Source: Lama guanicoe (lineage: Eukaryota). From it: a stretch of 64,000 nucleotides of DNA. The stretch lies in the NCBI GenBank assembly GCA_013239625.1, contig MU054220.1, forward strand, positions 5,750,626-5,814,625. The letters run 5' to 3'. A program made the position numbers and the translations under genes. Shown piece after piece: positions 50,470 through 63,261 of this stretch; positions within the stretch are counted from its first letter, which is position 1; every line of letters starts with the position of its first letter. Below the pieces are notes generated by a model that worked only from the letters and a program-made list of their open reading frames with translations, had not been told where the DNA came from and ran no database searches.

Positions 50470-51010
50470 GATTCAGCAATATTTAATCAGTAACTAATAT
50501 TTGTCCGGCATTGTGCTGTGCCTTGTAGGTTTAATGATGAATGAGACACTTTTTTTTTTTTTTTGGTTTCATGGGACCCAGTAAGTTTAAGTGAGACCAA
50601 TAGTTAAACAAATATACTGTCTTAGCAGAACCATTAAGGTAGGGACTGTGTTTGATTTGTTCACTCTGTGAGAGCTTGGGATAGTTCCTGAGACAGTACA
50701 ATTTTATGAATTTTGTTAAATTAAAAACATAGTAATATGATATATATATAAAAGCAGGAGTATGTTCAAGGCACTAGACTGATAAAGTCTGTTGTGAGAG
50801 GGTAGGCCTAGGGGTAGAGTTCAGAGAAGCAGGAAAAATCTGTACTTTGGAGGGTGAATAGATACCATGTTGGAGGGTGAAGACTATTTAACAGGGATTG
50901 GGATTGGGAGACTGGAACTTTCCAGGCACAGGAAACAGTGTGTGCAAATGCACGGCATTGCAAAAAAAGATGGAAGGTGCTGAAAAGAAAGTGGCTTACA
51001 GGAAATGCAG
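50470..51010 (-). mobile_element. L2 fragments
   Basis: ggcattgtgctg...atgaatgagaca; ttccaggcacaggaaacagtgtgtgcaaa. Confidence 0.65.
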
Positions 51011-51529
51011 CAAAGGGATGTAAAAGCAACTTAACACTAGAAAGGGCGGGAGCCCCATAAACAGGGTGGAAGAGAATGTCTCCTGTTGCAAAGGACTAGT
51101 CAAAATGGCAGCTCCTTCAGGTTAAAAAGATCAGCTCTACCTAATACAAAACACGATCTTATGTCAAGGGCTTCCAGAATTGGTCGCCACCACTCTTTGA
51201 ATCAGGAGTTCAGAGACCTGGCATATCCATACAATAGAGGGATGGTGTTTACCTCTCCCAAGACCTGGAAAACTTGCATTCAGAACTGGGAAGTGGACCA
51301 AGGACTAGTGCTTGGAAATTTCCTTTGCTCTCAGCCTTTGCAGAATTTTTCTCTGCTAAGCAGATTCAAACTTATCAAGTTTGTAGCTCAGGGAACATAT
51401 TTGAGTTTTATTAGTGCTGCTTGTAGAGGTACGTCTTTGCTTTTATCCTCTAGTGAAGCCATAGACAGATAATAGATTCATCTTCTTTACTACGCCAGAG
51501 ACTTTAAATAAAAACCACAAATCAGAAGT

Positions 51530-51670
51530 GACACGGTGTGATGGAAAGAGTAAGGCTACTGACATGAGAAAACCTGAGGTCAAGATCTTGTTTTCTAGCT
51601 TCTACCTCAGTGAGTCTTCAGTTTCTCTGAGTCTCAGTGTCCTCATACGTGTAATAGGGCTAATAAAATT
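51530..51670 (+). mobile_element. MIR SINE
   Basis: ggtgtgatggaaagag...tctctgagtctcagtgtcctcat. Confidence 0.75.
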
Positions 51671-51924
51671 TGTCAAAACTACTAAAAAGCTAATCTTAAT
51701 ATAAACAGTAAAAGTTAATAAAGGTAATCTTAATATACAATAATAGAATAATAATGACCATTTTCTGAGTATTTGCTACATCTCCACCTGCTGTTTCTTT
51801 TATGCTTATTACTTCATTTAATCATCTTAATTACCCCAATAAATTGATATTTTTTATTTTTCCTAATTTGCAAATAATGAAACTAAGTTTCAAATAGATA
51901 CACTCAATAACACAAACAAATACA

Positions 51925-52155
51925 GGGGGGTAGAGGGTGGGAAGGGATAGACTGGGATTTCGAAATTGTAGAATAGATAAACAAGATTACACTGTATAGC
52001 ACAGGGAAATATACACAAAATGTTATGATAAATCACAGAGAAAAAATGTGACAATGAGTGTGTATATGTCCATGAATGACTGAAAAATTGTGCTGAACAC
52101 TGGAATTTGACACAACATTGTAAAATGATTATAAATCAATAAAAAATGTTTAAAA
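51925..52155 (+). mobile_element. Young camelid-type L1 3' end
   Basis: gggaagggatagactgggatttcgaaattgtagaatagataaacaag...aaatcaataaaaaatgtt; TSD about 51906-51924 / 52156-52174 (core acaaacaaata exact). Confidence 0.92.
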
Positions 52156-52361
52156 AATAAAACAAACAAATATAAAGCTAGAAATATTTGTATTTGTTGC
52201 TAAATCTCCATTTTTTGGATCATGTATCTTTTGGGTAGAAACAATGCACTTAGGAATAAATCTTAAAGCTGGAAAATTTTTGGCTTGGTTTACCCTAAAC
52301 TCTGAAAATACATTTGAATTCCTAGAGTGATACATGCAGTAATGATCGAAGTATTAGCAGA

Positions 52362-52590
52362 AACCAACATTAACTGAGAGCTACCTTTACATGGGTTATA
52401 ACTCAGTTCCTCATCATCATACTAAAATGTATATTTTCTACATGATTCCATTCTACTATATAAATGACAGTATCATCATTTTTGCCGTGAGCAAAGCAAG
52501 GCTCAGAAGGCCAGAGAAAGTTGTTTAATGTCAAGCAGAAAGTGGAAGAGCCAGAATTACATGTAGCCTAATCTCAATCCCAGTGTTATA
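52362..52590 (-). mobile_element. MIR SINE
   Basis: aacattaactgagagctac...gcaaggctcagaagg. Confidence 0.6.
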
Positions 52591-53204
52591 TTGACCCAAA
52601 GTTCCCAATTGTGCATTACCACATATTGTTGATAGAGCAGCACGGCACTTATACCATATTCATCCCAGCACTCTATCCTCATGTATGCCACCATTCATGC
52701 CATAGTGCTTACCAACGTCTGTTCTTTCTCTGATTATACTCATCCTCAGTACTGCACATGGGGCCAGGGTAGGGGAGAAGAGTTGTTGGCACTAGAAATC
52801 TGGGAATCTGGAGATAGGCCGTCTGCAATAACCATTCTGTGCCCCTCTCCTGAGCCATTTCCCAATTCACCAAACACCGTGTCTACGAAGAACAGCAATG
52901 GTTTCCAATATTGGCATCAACAGTTACATTTCTACATTGTTCATACGGTTTTTATTTCCATTGTCCACTTTCTTTACCTAACCAGAAAGAACAAATAAAC
53001 TTGACCAACCTGTTTTATACACCATTAAATGCATTTATATCTATTTCCATGTACTTGCACATTTCAACAGTATATCTACAAACGTATAGATTTGTAAGGC
53101 ATCAAGAGATTTTCCCTACCATCCTTCCCTCTAGAATCCAAAATCTGATCATTTCTTTTTAGTAGAAAGGGGCAATTACTTTGGGTCACTTTAGTACTGT
53201 GCTT

Positions 53205-53660
53205 TTCATTCAATTGATATTTACTGAGTTCCTACCATGTGTCAGACAGAAGCAGTAGACATATGGTGGGAGAGAGAAAAAGAACAAATTAATGTAATGG
53301 TTTTCAATCAGGATAAATTATCTGAGGGGACTGTAAAATAGAGTAATGGATTAAAACTAGATGAGAGATCATAAGATGGTCTCAGGTAAGAGGGAACATT
53401 TAAGCTGAGACCTGAATGTTAAGAAGAACTCAGTTTGTGACAATGTGGAAAAGAGTATTCCAAGTAGAGGTGGCAGCAGATGCAAAACCTCTGAGGAGGA
53501 AACAAGCTTAGTCTGTTCCAGAAAAGTGAGTAGATCAAAGAAGCTGCAGTGCAGAGAGATAAACATATTGTGACATAAAATGAGATCACAAAAGGAGGAG
53601 GGAACCAGATTTAGTAGAGTTTTCTGGGCCATGTTAAGATTTTCGGAATTTATTTTAAGA
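53205..53660 (-). mobile_element. L2 LINE
   Basis: atatttactgagttcctaccatgtgtcag...acatttaagctgagacctgaatg. Confidence 0.85.
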
Positions 53661-53929
53661 AAGTGTTAACTTTAGTAGACATTTGATACAAAGACAAGTG
53701 AAAATTGACAGAATTTTCCAAACTTCATGTAAGAATGGGGTTATCAAGATCATTCATCAGTGGAAGTAGTGATCCAATTATGGCATCTTGGCTGAACAGA
53801 GACCCCAGAGATAGGAAGGAAAATAAAGGTGGGTCTGGGGTCTGGGTAAAGAAAAGTAGCGTGAGCTACAACAGAGGACAATATAACGTTTTTCTAAGGC
53901 TCAACCTTCATGTCAAAAAGGGACTTCAT

Positions 53930-54400
53930 CTATTGTGAGCGCTCAGTTTGTGGCTATCAGAATCCACTTTTCCTTCCTTTGCAAAGAGTACACAGAAATC
54001 ACACTTGGAAATCATCTCTCTCCTCTCTCCCACTCTCAGTCCAAGGACTTCAAATGGTATCGACACCTTGCCTTTTTCCTGGGAATGTAGGGAGGATGGT
54101 ATTTGTGATCTTTGACTGGTTATAACATCTCATTGCTTTGGCCACAAAGTTTATTTCAGTTTTGGGCATGTGCTCCAGCTCGGTCTAATGGGTGCTACTT
54201 CAAGATTTCTTTTCAAATTTCTGAGAAAGAAAAAAAATTTCTTTCTGGATTCCAACATGGAAGGCTATAAATCTAGAGTTACTGATAACCATCTTGCTAC
54301 CATTGGAGCCTAAAAATGAACCACGATGGAGAAGCATGAAGCTAAGATACAGAGCAGATTTTAATAACATGATTTGACCTCGAGATCAAGCAGCCTTTAG
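53930..54400 (+). mobile_element. MLT1K-like LTR, interrupted; resumes at about 54905-54975
   Basis: tttggccacaaagt...tgggcatgtgctccagctc...accatcttgctacc. Confidence 0.6.
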
Positions 54401-54402
54401 CT

Positions 54403-54904
54403 TGTGACAGTCAGGTCCCAGGAGGAAACAGAGTTTACTCCAGATTGTTTTCATAAAAATATTTTAATAAAACGATTATTTACAGAGAAGCAAGAAAAAT
54501 TAAGGAAATAAATAAAGAAGGGTGTAGTGCTCAAAACCTAGGAAAAAATGAAAAGTGGCTATCATCTCTGGAGGTAAAGGCATAAGGGGAAGAAATAGTG
54601 TTATCCCAGCTCAGTAAAAGCTGGAGTAGTGGAGAAGTGCTTTTAGGGGTATTAGTAGTGAAGAGATGGAAATTCAGTCCTGAAGGATGGAGTGAGTAGA
54701 AAAGAAATATTCTGGTATTTTTCTCAGCAAGACCTCTAATCTCTGGCTAGTAACTCCCACTCCCCTGTCATCACCCAACTGGAAGAGAGCTAGCAACAAA
54801 GTCAGTGAGGCAATTAACAGAAATCAGCCTCCAGTGTAACAGAGAAGGCTAAAGGAAAGTGGATAACACATGGGAAGTGGGGCAAAAAGAGAATAATTTG
54901 CACA
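54403..54904 (-). mobile_element. ERVL LTR33/LTR41-like element
   Basis: tgtgacagtcaggtcccaggaggaaacaga...gagaataatttgcaca, TG...CA termini. Confidence 0.55.
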
Positions 54905-55544
54905 AAGTCAAATTGAATACCATGTGACTTTCCATATATATACGGGCTAAAACATTCATACATCCCTACTCTTTTTTTAGGGAATCAGAAATCAGTATTC
55001 CACTTCTTGCAATTAAAAAATTCTAATAAATCCTTTGGATCTTGAAAAATTACAGTACCCTCTCCCACACAGAAATCTTTTATTGTAGTGTTTACGAAGA
55101 GGGTCAGAGTGATCTTGAAACATTCAGTTATGCAATTCATACATGAAATGTATGTACACGTTGTTCCAGTTCTTTCTGCAGAGACCAACTAGGAAAGAGA
55201 TCACGAGTCAGTGATTCTTCCGTATCCATTAGACCGAAATATTAATAGAATGAGTGGAGTAGTTGGAATATTTTCATGTCTAGTTTAATGTGGATGGGTA
55301 AATATTCATATGATGGTAGTTTCTTTTCACGCAGAGCTCAGTGGGAACACTCCTTCAAATTAAATGAGTCCAGTGGGGCATTTAAAGTTGGAAAAAGAGA
55401 GATAGGAATGTTTCTGCAAGACATAGATGAATGATTGCATAAGCCTTAGGTCTAAATCCAGGAAAGTATCTCCCCTGATTATTCAAATTGGATTTCTATA
55501 CCGTAATGTAGAGGTAATGAAAAGGTAGCAAATTAATTCTAAAC

Positions 55545-55715
55545 TTTATCATCTGGAAGGGAGGTCACAAAGTCCATCTACTTCTTTTTACAGATGACAG
55601 AAATGTAAGCCAGAGAGGTGCAGTGACTTGCTGAATGTCACCCAGCTAGTTAGTGGCAGAGCTAGAATTAAAGCTTGAATTCTGAATCTTGATCTTAGGC
55701 ATTTCATTCTACCAA
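55545..55715 (-). mobile_element. MIR/MIR3
   Basis: ttttacagatga...agtgacttgctgaatgtcacccagctagttagtggcagagct. Confidence 0.85.
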
Positions 55716-57075
55716 GTAGTAGTATATAGTTTAGAATGCAAAATAAGAGATTTGTTTGAATTCTAGCTCCATTGCTTTGTTGGCTAATCTATAAACAAGA
55801 TGCTTACTTTCTCCACAATGAAATGTTATAACTGGTGCATCACATCTACTGGTTTTCAATCACTGACATTTCCCTGGAGTTTAGCCATGATTCTATTGAC
55901 ACATATGCATTTTCCTTTTCATAAACTTTGTGCAATCTTGCCTAACCTTGTCAGTCCTTATTATAATCACAGAGTGATGTTCATTAGGGTACTATTGATA
56001 CATCAAAGTATAAAACTTGGAAGTCTCTCTACTATTCAAATTACAATCACTGCCAACATACCACCTTTCTACTGTCTGAACGTGTCAGCGTGTAAAGAGT
56101 TAACAAGCATGACAGTGACCATATTTGCTTATCACTGAACTTTTGTGGTTAAGGTGACTGGACTGTGAATTTTATGGCAAACTCTTAAAACTTCTTTGTC
56201 CAGAGTTAATAAGCAGACATTGATTTTTCTCTTTGATAAATAACTACAAACTATCTTAGGTAATCCAGTCAAAAAGCTGGCATTGTCTAGAGCTTCCCAC
56301 TTTTTAGGAGAGCTTGCCGAATGGCTCAGTTCAGCTTTTTTCCCTCTGTTTTACCCCAAAGAAACAATAAGGGCTTGACTGCATTTGCCATTTTTAGTGG
56401 TTTGGTCTCTCCTGATGTGACAGCAACATGGGGCCAGTAGGTCAGGTTTGATTTACTCTGTAATGAGACTTTGGGGACAGTTTTCTCTACTGATCTCTTC
56501 CTCCACTTGAGTAGTAGCAACTGTGGCTTATAAATGTTGCCATTCTGTACTCCCTGAAAGACTTGCTGATCGTGTGAAATGTCAATGTCACTGTTATTTC
56601 TTTGAACTTGAGTTATTTTAGACTTGTACCTCAAGCCCTCAATGAAGTTCCCAAACCATAAATAAATGTAGTAATTGGCCCAAACCACAGTGACACTGGC
56701 AAGTCTTTGATGTACTGCTAAACAGTCATATGCTACTCTTAGAATCAAAGCAATTCAGCGTTAGAGGAGGCCTTAGAGGTCATTTGCTCCTACTTCTTAT
56801 TCTACCCTCTGGCTATATTGCAGCTAGGGTGTCAAAGGTCACACAGGCCTTTGATATTTAAAGAAAATTGGTTTGAACTGCCTTAACCCTCATTCCATGA
56901 AAGTAGATGCTCTCTAAAAGAGTTTGCAAAATTTCCACATGTTTATGTATTCACTCATCATGTCTCTTTTCAATGATCCACCTGCCTTATTTCCAGTGCT
57001 TTTTTTCTCTTCTCTCTGGCATGCACTGAGATGCACATGGTATTCTGCTCTTTTGCTTTTATTTTCCCCAACTAT

Positions 57076-57713
57076 TAAAACCAAGTGGGATCCTGTGTGG
57101 CCTTCCTGGGGACAGACCCCCACCCCCACCCCACTCTTGTTTACAGAAAAGCTTTAGCCTTCTAGGCCTTCCCTGAGTCCTGAAGAGAAAATTTAATCAG
57201 ATCAGTGTGAAGGTACAGAAATAAAGAAAAACAGTCATGCAAGACAAAATAATAATAGTTTGCCATAAAATAAAATCAAAGACCTTTAGTTCCTCCTCAT
57301 GAGCTATGGATAATCTCCTGAGCCACATCCTTGAGTTGTTTTGCAGATATAAAACCCCCACCAGGTGGAAGAAGTTAACCACATGTTGACTACCAACATG
57401 TAGACCCCAGACCAGTTGGAACCAGTAGGTTGATAATGTTGACTCCCCAAAATACCACCCAGTTACCTCATCATCAATTAATCAGAAGAATGTCCATGAG
57501 ATGACCAGGCAACCCTCTGAACCTTTCCTTCATCTTGTCTTTAAAAACCCTTCCCTGAGAACCATAGGGGAGTTTGGGTCTTCTGAGCATCAGCTGCCCA
57601 TTCTCCTTATTTGGCCCTGCAAGAAGTGCTTTACTTCACTCATCACAACCTGGTATCAGTAGATTGGCTTTGCTGCCCATAGGATGAGAAAATCCAAGTT
57701 TGGTTTGGTAGCA
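57076..57713 (+). mobile_element. ERV1-class solo LTR
   Basis: t(a)aaaccaagtgggatcctgtg...ggtttggtagca with exact 4-bp TSD ctat (57072-57075 / 57714-57717). Confidence 0.85.
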
Positions 57714-58084
57714 CTATTACTTGAAAAAGACATTTGTGAATATATAACACTTTACTGATGACCCTATGCAACTTGTGTAACAGCACAGCAATTAAAAATT
57801 GAAAGTAAGTTTGCCCAATTAAAAATTCCTTGTGGCAGACGTGCCACTAGGAATTTCTCGTGGGAGTTCCTGCTTAGCCCCCTCATCCCTCTTTGTATTT
57901 GATTCTACTCCATAATAAAAGTGTTTAACTTCCTTCAATGTAACTAAATCTTTTCTAGTTCTATTTCACAAAGAATATCCACAAGGGGCTTTATCTGAAT
58001 GATTAAACATACCCATTAAAGTGAGTTCCTAAATATGTACCCCTTTTTTTCCTGAGAGGAACTCTGCTACTAACTAGTTTTATC

Positions 58085-58190
58085 CCACCCAACTCCCTCC
58101 CTTCTTCTACCTTCTCTCTCCTGCCCCCTCTCTCCCTCTTTATACTTCCCCCACATCCCCTCCCCCTCCCTTTCTCTCTTCCTTCTTTTT
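58085..58190. repeat. Polypyrimidine tract
   Basis: Directly visible. Confidence 0.9.
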
Positions 58191-58198
58191 CAAGACTA

Positions 58199-58750
58199 TG
58201 TTGGTGAGTAAAAATAATTATCCTTGTGCCCTTCTAGGGTCTTGGCTTAGAGCCCGCTGTAATAAAAGACAGATTAGCAGGAGAAAAACAAACAGAAGTT
58301 TAATAAAATATATACCTCCAGTATACATGGGAGAGAACCAGGAAAACTGAGTAACTCCCTGAAATGGCCCAAGCTATCACCTTAAATGTCATCTTCTGAT
58401 GATGACAAGAGAAGGATGTTGGAAGGAGGTGGGAAAAGTGAGGGAAAGGCTGTTAATAGGAGGTTACCAGAGAAAGCACAGAAACAAGAAACAAGAGTAT
58501 GGTTGAGATACAGATCAAAATAATGCCTTCTCCATTGATAAGAATTTCTAGAGATTTAGTTGTCCTTTTCTTCCTAGTACTGAGAGGGAGACACCCTTAC
58601 AAATGGAAATTTCCCTTTAACATGTAAATTTATCTTACAAAAGGATAAATTCTGCTGGATTTTCAGAGCTTCTTTTGTATCAGTTTTTTCTTAAAAATAA
58701 CCAGCTCAAGATTATTTTGCCAAAGAGACATATTTTGGGGTGGCAACAAA
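58199..58750 (-). mobile_element. MER34-like ERV1 solo LTR
   Basis: aaaagacagattagcaggagaaaaac...ccaaagagacatattttggggtggca; putative TSD acta/acta. Confidence 0.82.
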
Positions 58751-58904
58751 ACTATTAAAACTGGGAGGCACAATACAAAAACCTTATATACTCTCCTCAA
58801 GTTTTAATTAGGTGAGAATACTAAACTTTATGTTTAAGGATATTGCTCAAGCACATACATATTGTAAAAAATCACACAAATGTTAATATGATCGAACTAA
58901 ACAT

Positions 58905-60432
58905 CTTTTTTAAGAGCAGTTTTAGGTTCACAGCAAAATTGAGAGAAAGATAGAGATTTCCCATATGACTTCTGTCCCTACATATGTAGAGCCTCCCCCA
59001 TTATCCTTATCCCCACCAGAGTGGAACATTTATTGCAATTGATGAACCTGCATTGAGACATCATAATCACCCAAAGTGCATGGTTTATGTTAGGTTTCAC
59101 TCTTGGTGTTGTACATCCTGTGTGTTCAGAAAATGTATAATGACAAGTATCCACCATTATAATGTCATACAGAGTATTTCTTTGCCCTAAAAAATCCTGT
59201 GCTCTTCTTATTTATCTCTCCCCTCACCCAACCCCAGACCAGTAACCAATGATCTTTTTACTCTCGCCATAGTTTTGCCTTTTCCGCTATGTCATATAGT
59301 TGAAATCAAACAGGAAGTATTCTTTTCAGATTGCCTTCTTTCACTTAGTAATATACTAAGTGTTAAGTGATCCATGCCTTTTCATGGTTTGATAGTTCAT
59401 TTCTTTTTAATATTGAATGATAGTCTGTAGTAAGATAGTAAGAGTATATTTAGTTTCCTAAGAAACTACTAAACTGGCTTCCAATGTGGCTGTACCATTT
59501 TGCTTTCTCACTAGCAATCAATGAGAGTTTCTGTTGAGCCACATCCTCACCAGCATTTGGTGTTGTGAGTGTTACAGATTTTGGGCATTTGATAGATGCG
59601 TTGTGGCATCTCATTGTCATTTTAATTTGCACTGTCAACTAAACACACACACACACACACAAAGAACTGTGAGTTCTGTTTTATTCAGAGAACTTACTGA
59701 AGACTATAGCCCTGGAAACAGCCTCTCAGGACCTCTGAGGAGACTTTTCCACAGAGATAGGGAAGAAGCCAGTATATACATGATTTGTGGCTAGGGGTAT
59801 GTACAGTCAAGAATAAATATATCTCAGTAATTCTGATCACAAAGAGCAGATACCTCAGTTAATGATTTTAGTGCTTTTTCTATGTATGAGAAGATGCAAG
59901 AATCTGTGTTCATTAAAATTCTTCCTGATATACCTATTGAAGGAGATTGTTTTGCCAAAGCACAGAGTGCCTCATCCTGAATTCCTCTCAGATTGCTCTG
60001 TTGGTCAGCAACTGCAGTGCCTAATGATTTAAGCCTTGTAGAACCAAATAGTGAGCAACATTCTTTGTTTTACAGCATTTTCCTGGTGACATATAATGTG
60101 GAGCATCTTTTCATATGCTCACTTGCCATACGCATATGTTCTTTGATGAAGTGTTTGTCAAGTCCTTTGGCCCATTTTTGAATCAGGTTGTTAGTTTTCT
60201 TACTATTGGGTTCAAGAGTTTTGGGTGTATTTTAAATAACATCCTTTATCACATGTATCTTTTGCAAATATTTTCTCCCAGTCTGTGGCTTGTCTTCTTA
60301 TTCTCTTCACATTGTTTTTAACAGAACAGAGTTTTTTGATTTTAGTGAAGTCCATCTTATTGATTCTTTCTTTCATGAATTACACCATCGGTTTTGTATC
60401 TTAAAAGGTATCACCATATACAAGGTAATCTA
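58905..60432 (-). mobile_element. L1MC-like 3' region interrupted by an LTR
   Basis: agagcagttttaggttcacagcaaaattgag...tttaatttgca|tttcctggtgacatataatgtggagcatc. Confidence 0.9.
59633..60074 (-). mobile_element. ERV1-class solo LTR inside the L1MC
   Basis: TG...CA termini, 4-bp TSD gcac/gcat, host L1 continuous across the site. Confidence 0.85.
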
Positions 60433-60582
60433 GCTTTTGTTAGCCTTTTCATTCCCATTTTATGAATTTCAAGTTGAATCACAGTCAGGGTATGATTTTT
60501 TTTAATGTTATATTAATAAAAGCATATGTGATAAATATAGAATCTGAAATTAAGAGAAATATAAATTAAAAGTAAATATTTG

Positions 60583-60789
60583 GGGATAAATTAGGTATTT
60601 GGGACTAACAGATACAAACTACTATATATAAAATAGATAAGTAACAAGCCTTTAATGTATAGCACAGGGAATTATATTCAGTAGCTTATAATAACCTTTA
60701 ATGAAAAAGAATATATATATGTATAACTGAATCATTATGCTGCACCCCAAAACCTAACAACATTGTAAGTAAACTATACTTCAATTTAA
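60583..60789 (+). mobile_element. 5'-truncated artiodactyl-type L1 3' end
   Basis: Exact 15-bp TSD aaaagtaaatatttg (60568-60582 / 60790-60804), TT/AAAA target. Confidence 0.93.
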
Positions 60790-60919
60790 AAAAGTAAATA
60801 TTTGCACTTTCTTAATAGTTATGGATTATTGAAGAACAAGAATTAACACTTTTCCTGGAATTTTTGCCAAAAATTATTTTAATACTATATTTCTCTTTAA
60901 AAAAAAGCTTCCAGTCACA

Positions 60920-63258
60920 TTTCATGCCACATTTAACCCTCCAATATGCTATAATTCATATGGAATAAGTTTCATGAAGTAAAGGTCAAAGTTATTTTTT
61001 TAATACAACATCCAATTAAGTAAGCACTGTTTATTAAAAGGGTTTTCTTTTTGTGCTGAATTTCTATGGCATCTTGGTTGAAAAATCAAGTGTTTATGTG
61101 TGTCTATTTCCAGGCTTCCTATTCTGTTCCATTGGATTCTTTGTCTATTCTTGCACAGATATCACACTGTATAAATGCTTTAGCTGTATAGTAATTCTTG
61201 ATATTTAATACTATACTTCATTTTTTCTACCAAGAATTTTGATAAAGATCTTTTCTACCAAAAAAATCTTTTCTATAAGAATCTTTTCTACCAAGATTAT
61301 TTTGGCTGATATAGGTAATTTTTACTGCCATTTAATTTTTGAAATAATCTTGCAAATTTATATTCAAAGTTCTGATAGGATTTAATTGGTATTACATTAT
61401 AATTATAAATAAAATTGGGAAAAATAGTTCTTCACAATATTGAGGCTTCCAATCCATAAATATAGAATATTCCTTTATTTATTTAGATTTTCTTTGGCAT
61501 GTCTCAAAATTCTTTTAGTTTTCCATATACATATATGTCTTACAAATCTTTCATTAGATTTACTCTGAAGTTTTGGATGCTTTTGACACTATTATAAATA
61601 ATACCTATAAAATGTATTCACAATTGTCTTGTACTTATCTCTAGTAATACAATTGATTTATGCTTTTATTTACATTCTATTCAGTATCTTTGGTAAATTG
61701 TATTATTATTTCAAACAGCTTATTTTCAGAAACATTTTTATTTTTAAGTGTATAATTATATAACCTGTAATTAATGAGAATTTTAATTTTTTACTTTCTG
61801 ACCTTTATGGTAATTTATTTTCTTGCCTTATTGCACTTGTCCTATTGTACTTACCTTGACTACACTACCACCAATATTATGTTTAATAGAATTAGAGCTG
61901 AAGGACATTCTTGCCTTGTTTCCAGCCTCCAAAAGAAAATGTTCAATAGCTTACTCACAGCCTTTGTTTTTGTTTATCTATTGTTTTTTTCCTATAAGAT
62001 CTTCCTATCTTTTAATAGGCTAAGGAATTTCTCTTCTATTCTTGGTTGACTGAGAGTATTTTTTTGTATTTTTGTTGCTATTTAATGAATAGCTATTGGA
62101 ATGTATCAAATTATTTTCTGCATTTATTGAGATATCGATATGTGTTTTCTCTTTATTCTGTTAATGTGATACATTGCATTGATAGCTTTTCAGATGTAAT
62201 TCCAATTTTGAGTACCTAGAACCCTGCTTGTCAAGATGAAAATATTTTTATTTAACACTTGATAATTATTATTCTTAAATTATGTTTAGTTTTTTGTGTG
62301 TGTGTGTGTGTTGTTGCGCATAGGAGACATTGACCAGTAAACTTCCTCTTGTGCATTATTCTTTTCAAGTTTTAAATGCTGTTATGCTAGCTCATAAAAT
62401 GAGTCTAGAAGTAGCTTCACTTTTTCTATTCTCTGAAAAAGTCTCTATCAGAGTGTATTATTTATTACCTAAACTTTTGAAAACTTTACTAGAGAAATCC
62501 TCTGCTCTTGGAGTCTTCTCAGTGGGAAGGTTTTAATATACATACATGCATACATATATATATTCAATCATACTACATATATGATTTATTAGTAAGTATA
62601 AAGGTATTTAAATTTTTTCTCATGTCAATTTTGATAAATTGTTTTTCAAATTGTCAAATTCATTGGCATAGATATGTTAATTATGTTCCTTTGTTACTCT
62701 TTTAGAATGTGAGAATCTGAAATAATGTCCACATTATCATCCCTGGTATTACATCTATTTGTCTTTCTCTAATATTTTCCTAATTAGTTTAGCTAGGTAT
62801 TTATCAATTTAATTAATGGTTAAGAGAATTAGCCTCTAAGATTCTGTTAATTTTCCCTTATTGAATATCTGTTTTCCATTCTTGATTACATTCTTTTTTT
62901 TTTTTCACTGTCTTTGGATTTAAATGGATTTTTTGGCTAGTTTCTTGGAAATAAAACTTAGATCATAGATTTTCAAGCTTTCTTGTTCTAGTATATACAG
63001 TGTTTTCTGAACATTGAAATAAATGAATCCCATACATTTTGTCATGCCATAGTATTACTGTAATGAAGTGGAAAATATTTCCAATTTTTCATTTTGATAT
63101 TTTTCTTTGACCCATAGGGTATTTAGAAGTGGGTTCCTTAATGTCCAGACAATCATTATTTGTCTAGTTATAGTGCTGTTATTGAGTTCCATAGTCTATA
63201 ATTTTATTCTTAGATAATTATTGAAACGTATATTTTGGACCAACATATGGTCTTGGTA
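60920..63258 (-). mobile_element. Old L1M/L1ME ORF2 relic
   Basis: ctattctgttccattgg, ggacattcttgccttgtt, tctttgacccatagggtatttagaagt are antisense L1 hallmarks. Confidence 0.85.
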
Positions 63259-63261
63259 AAA

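Noticed and set aside
56326..56748. 140-aa minus-strand ORF in mostly unique DNA
   Set aside because: TTG start, no recognisable homology, length compatible with chance
61222..61298. Four degenerate copies of atcttttctaccaag
   Set aside because: Slippage duplication inside an old L1, with no sign of function
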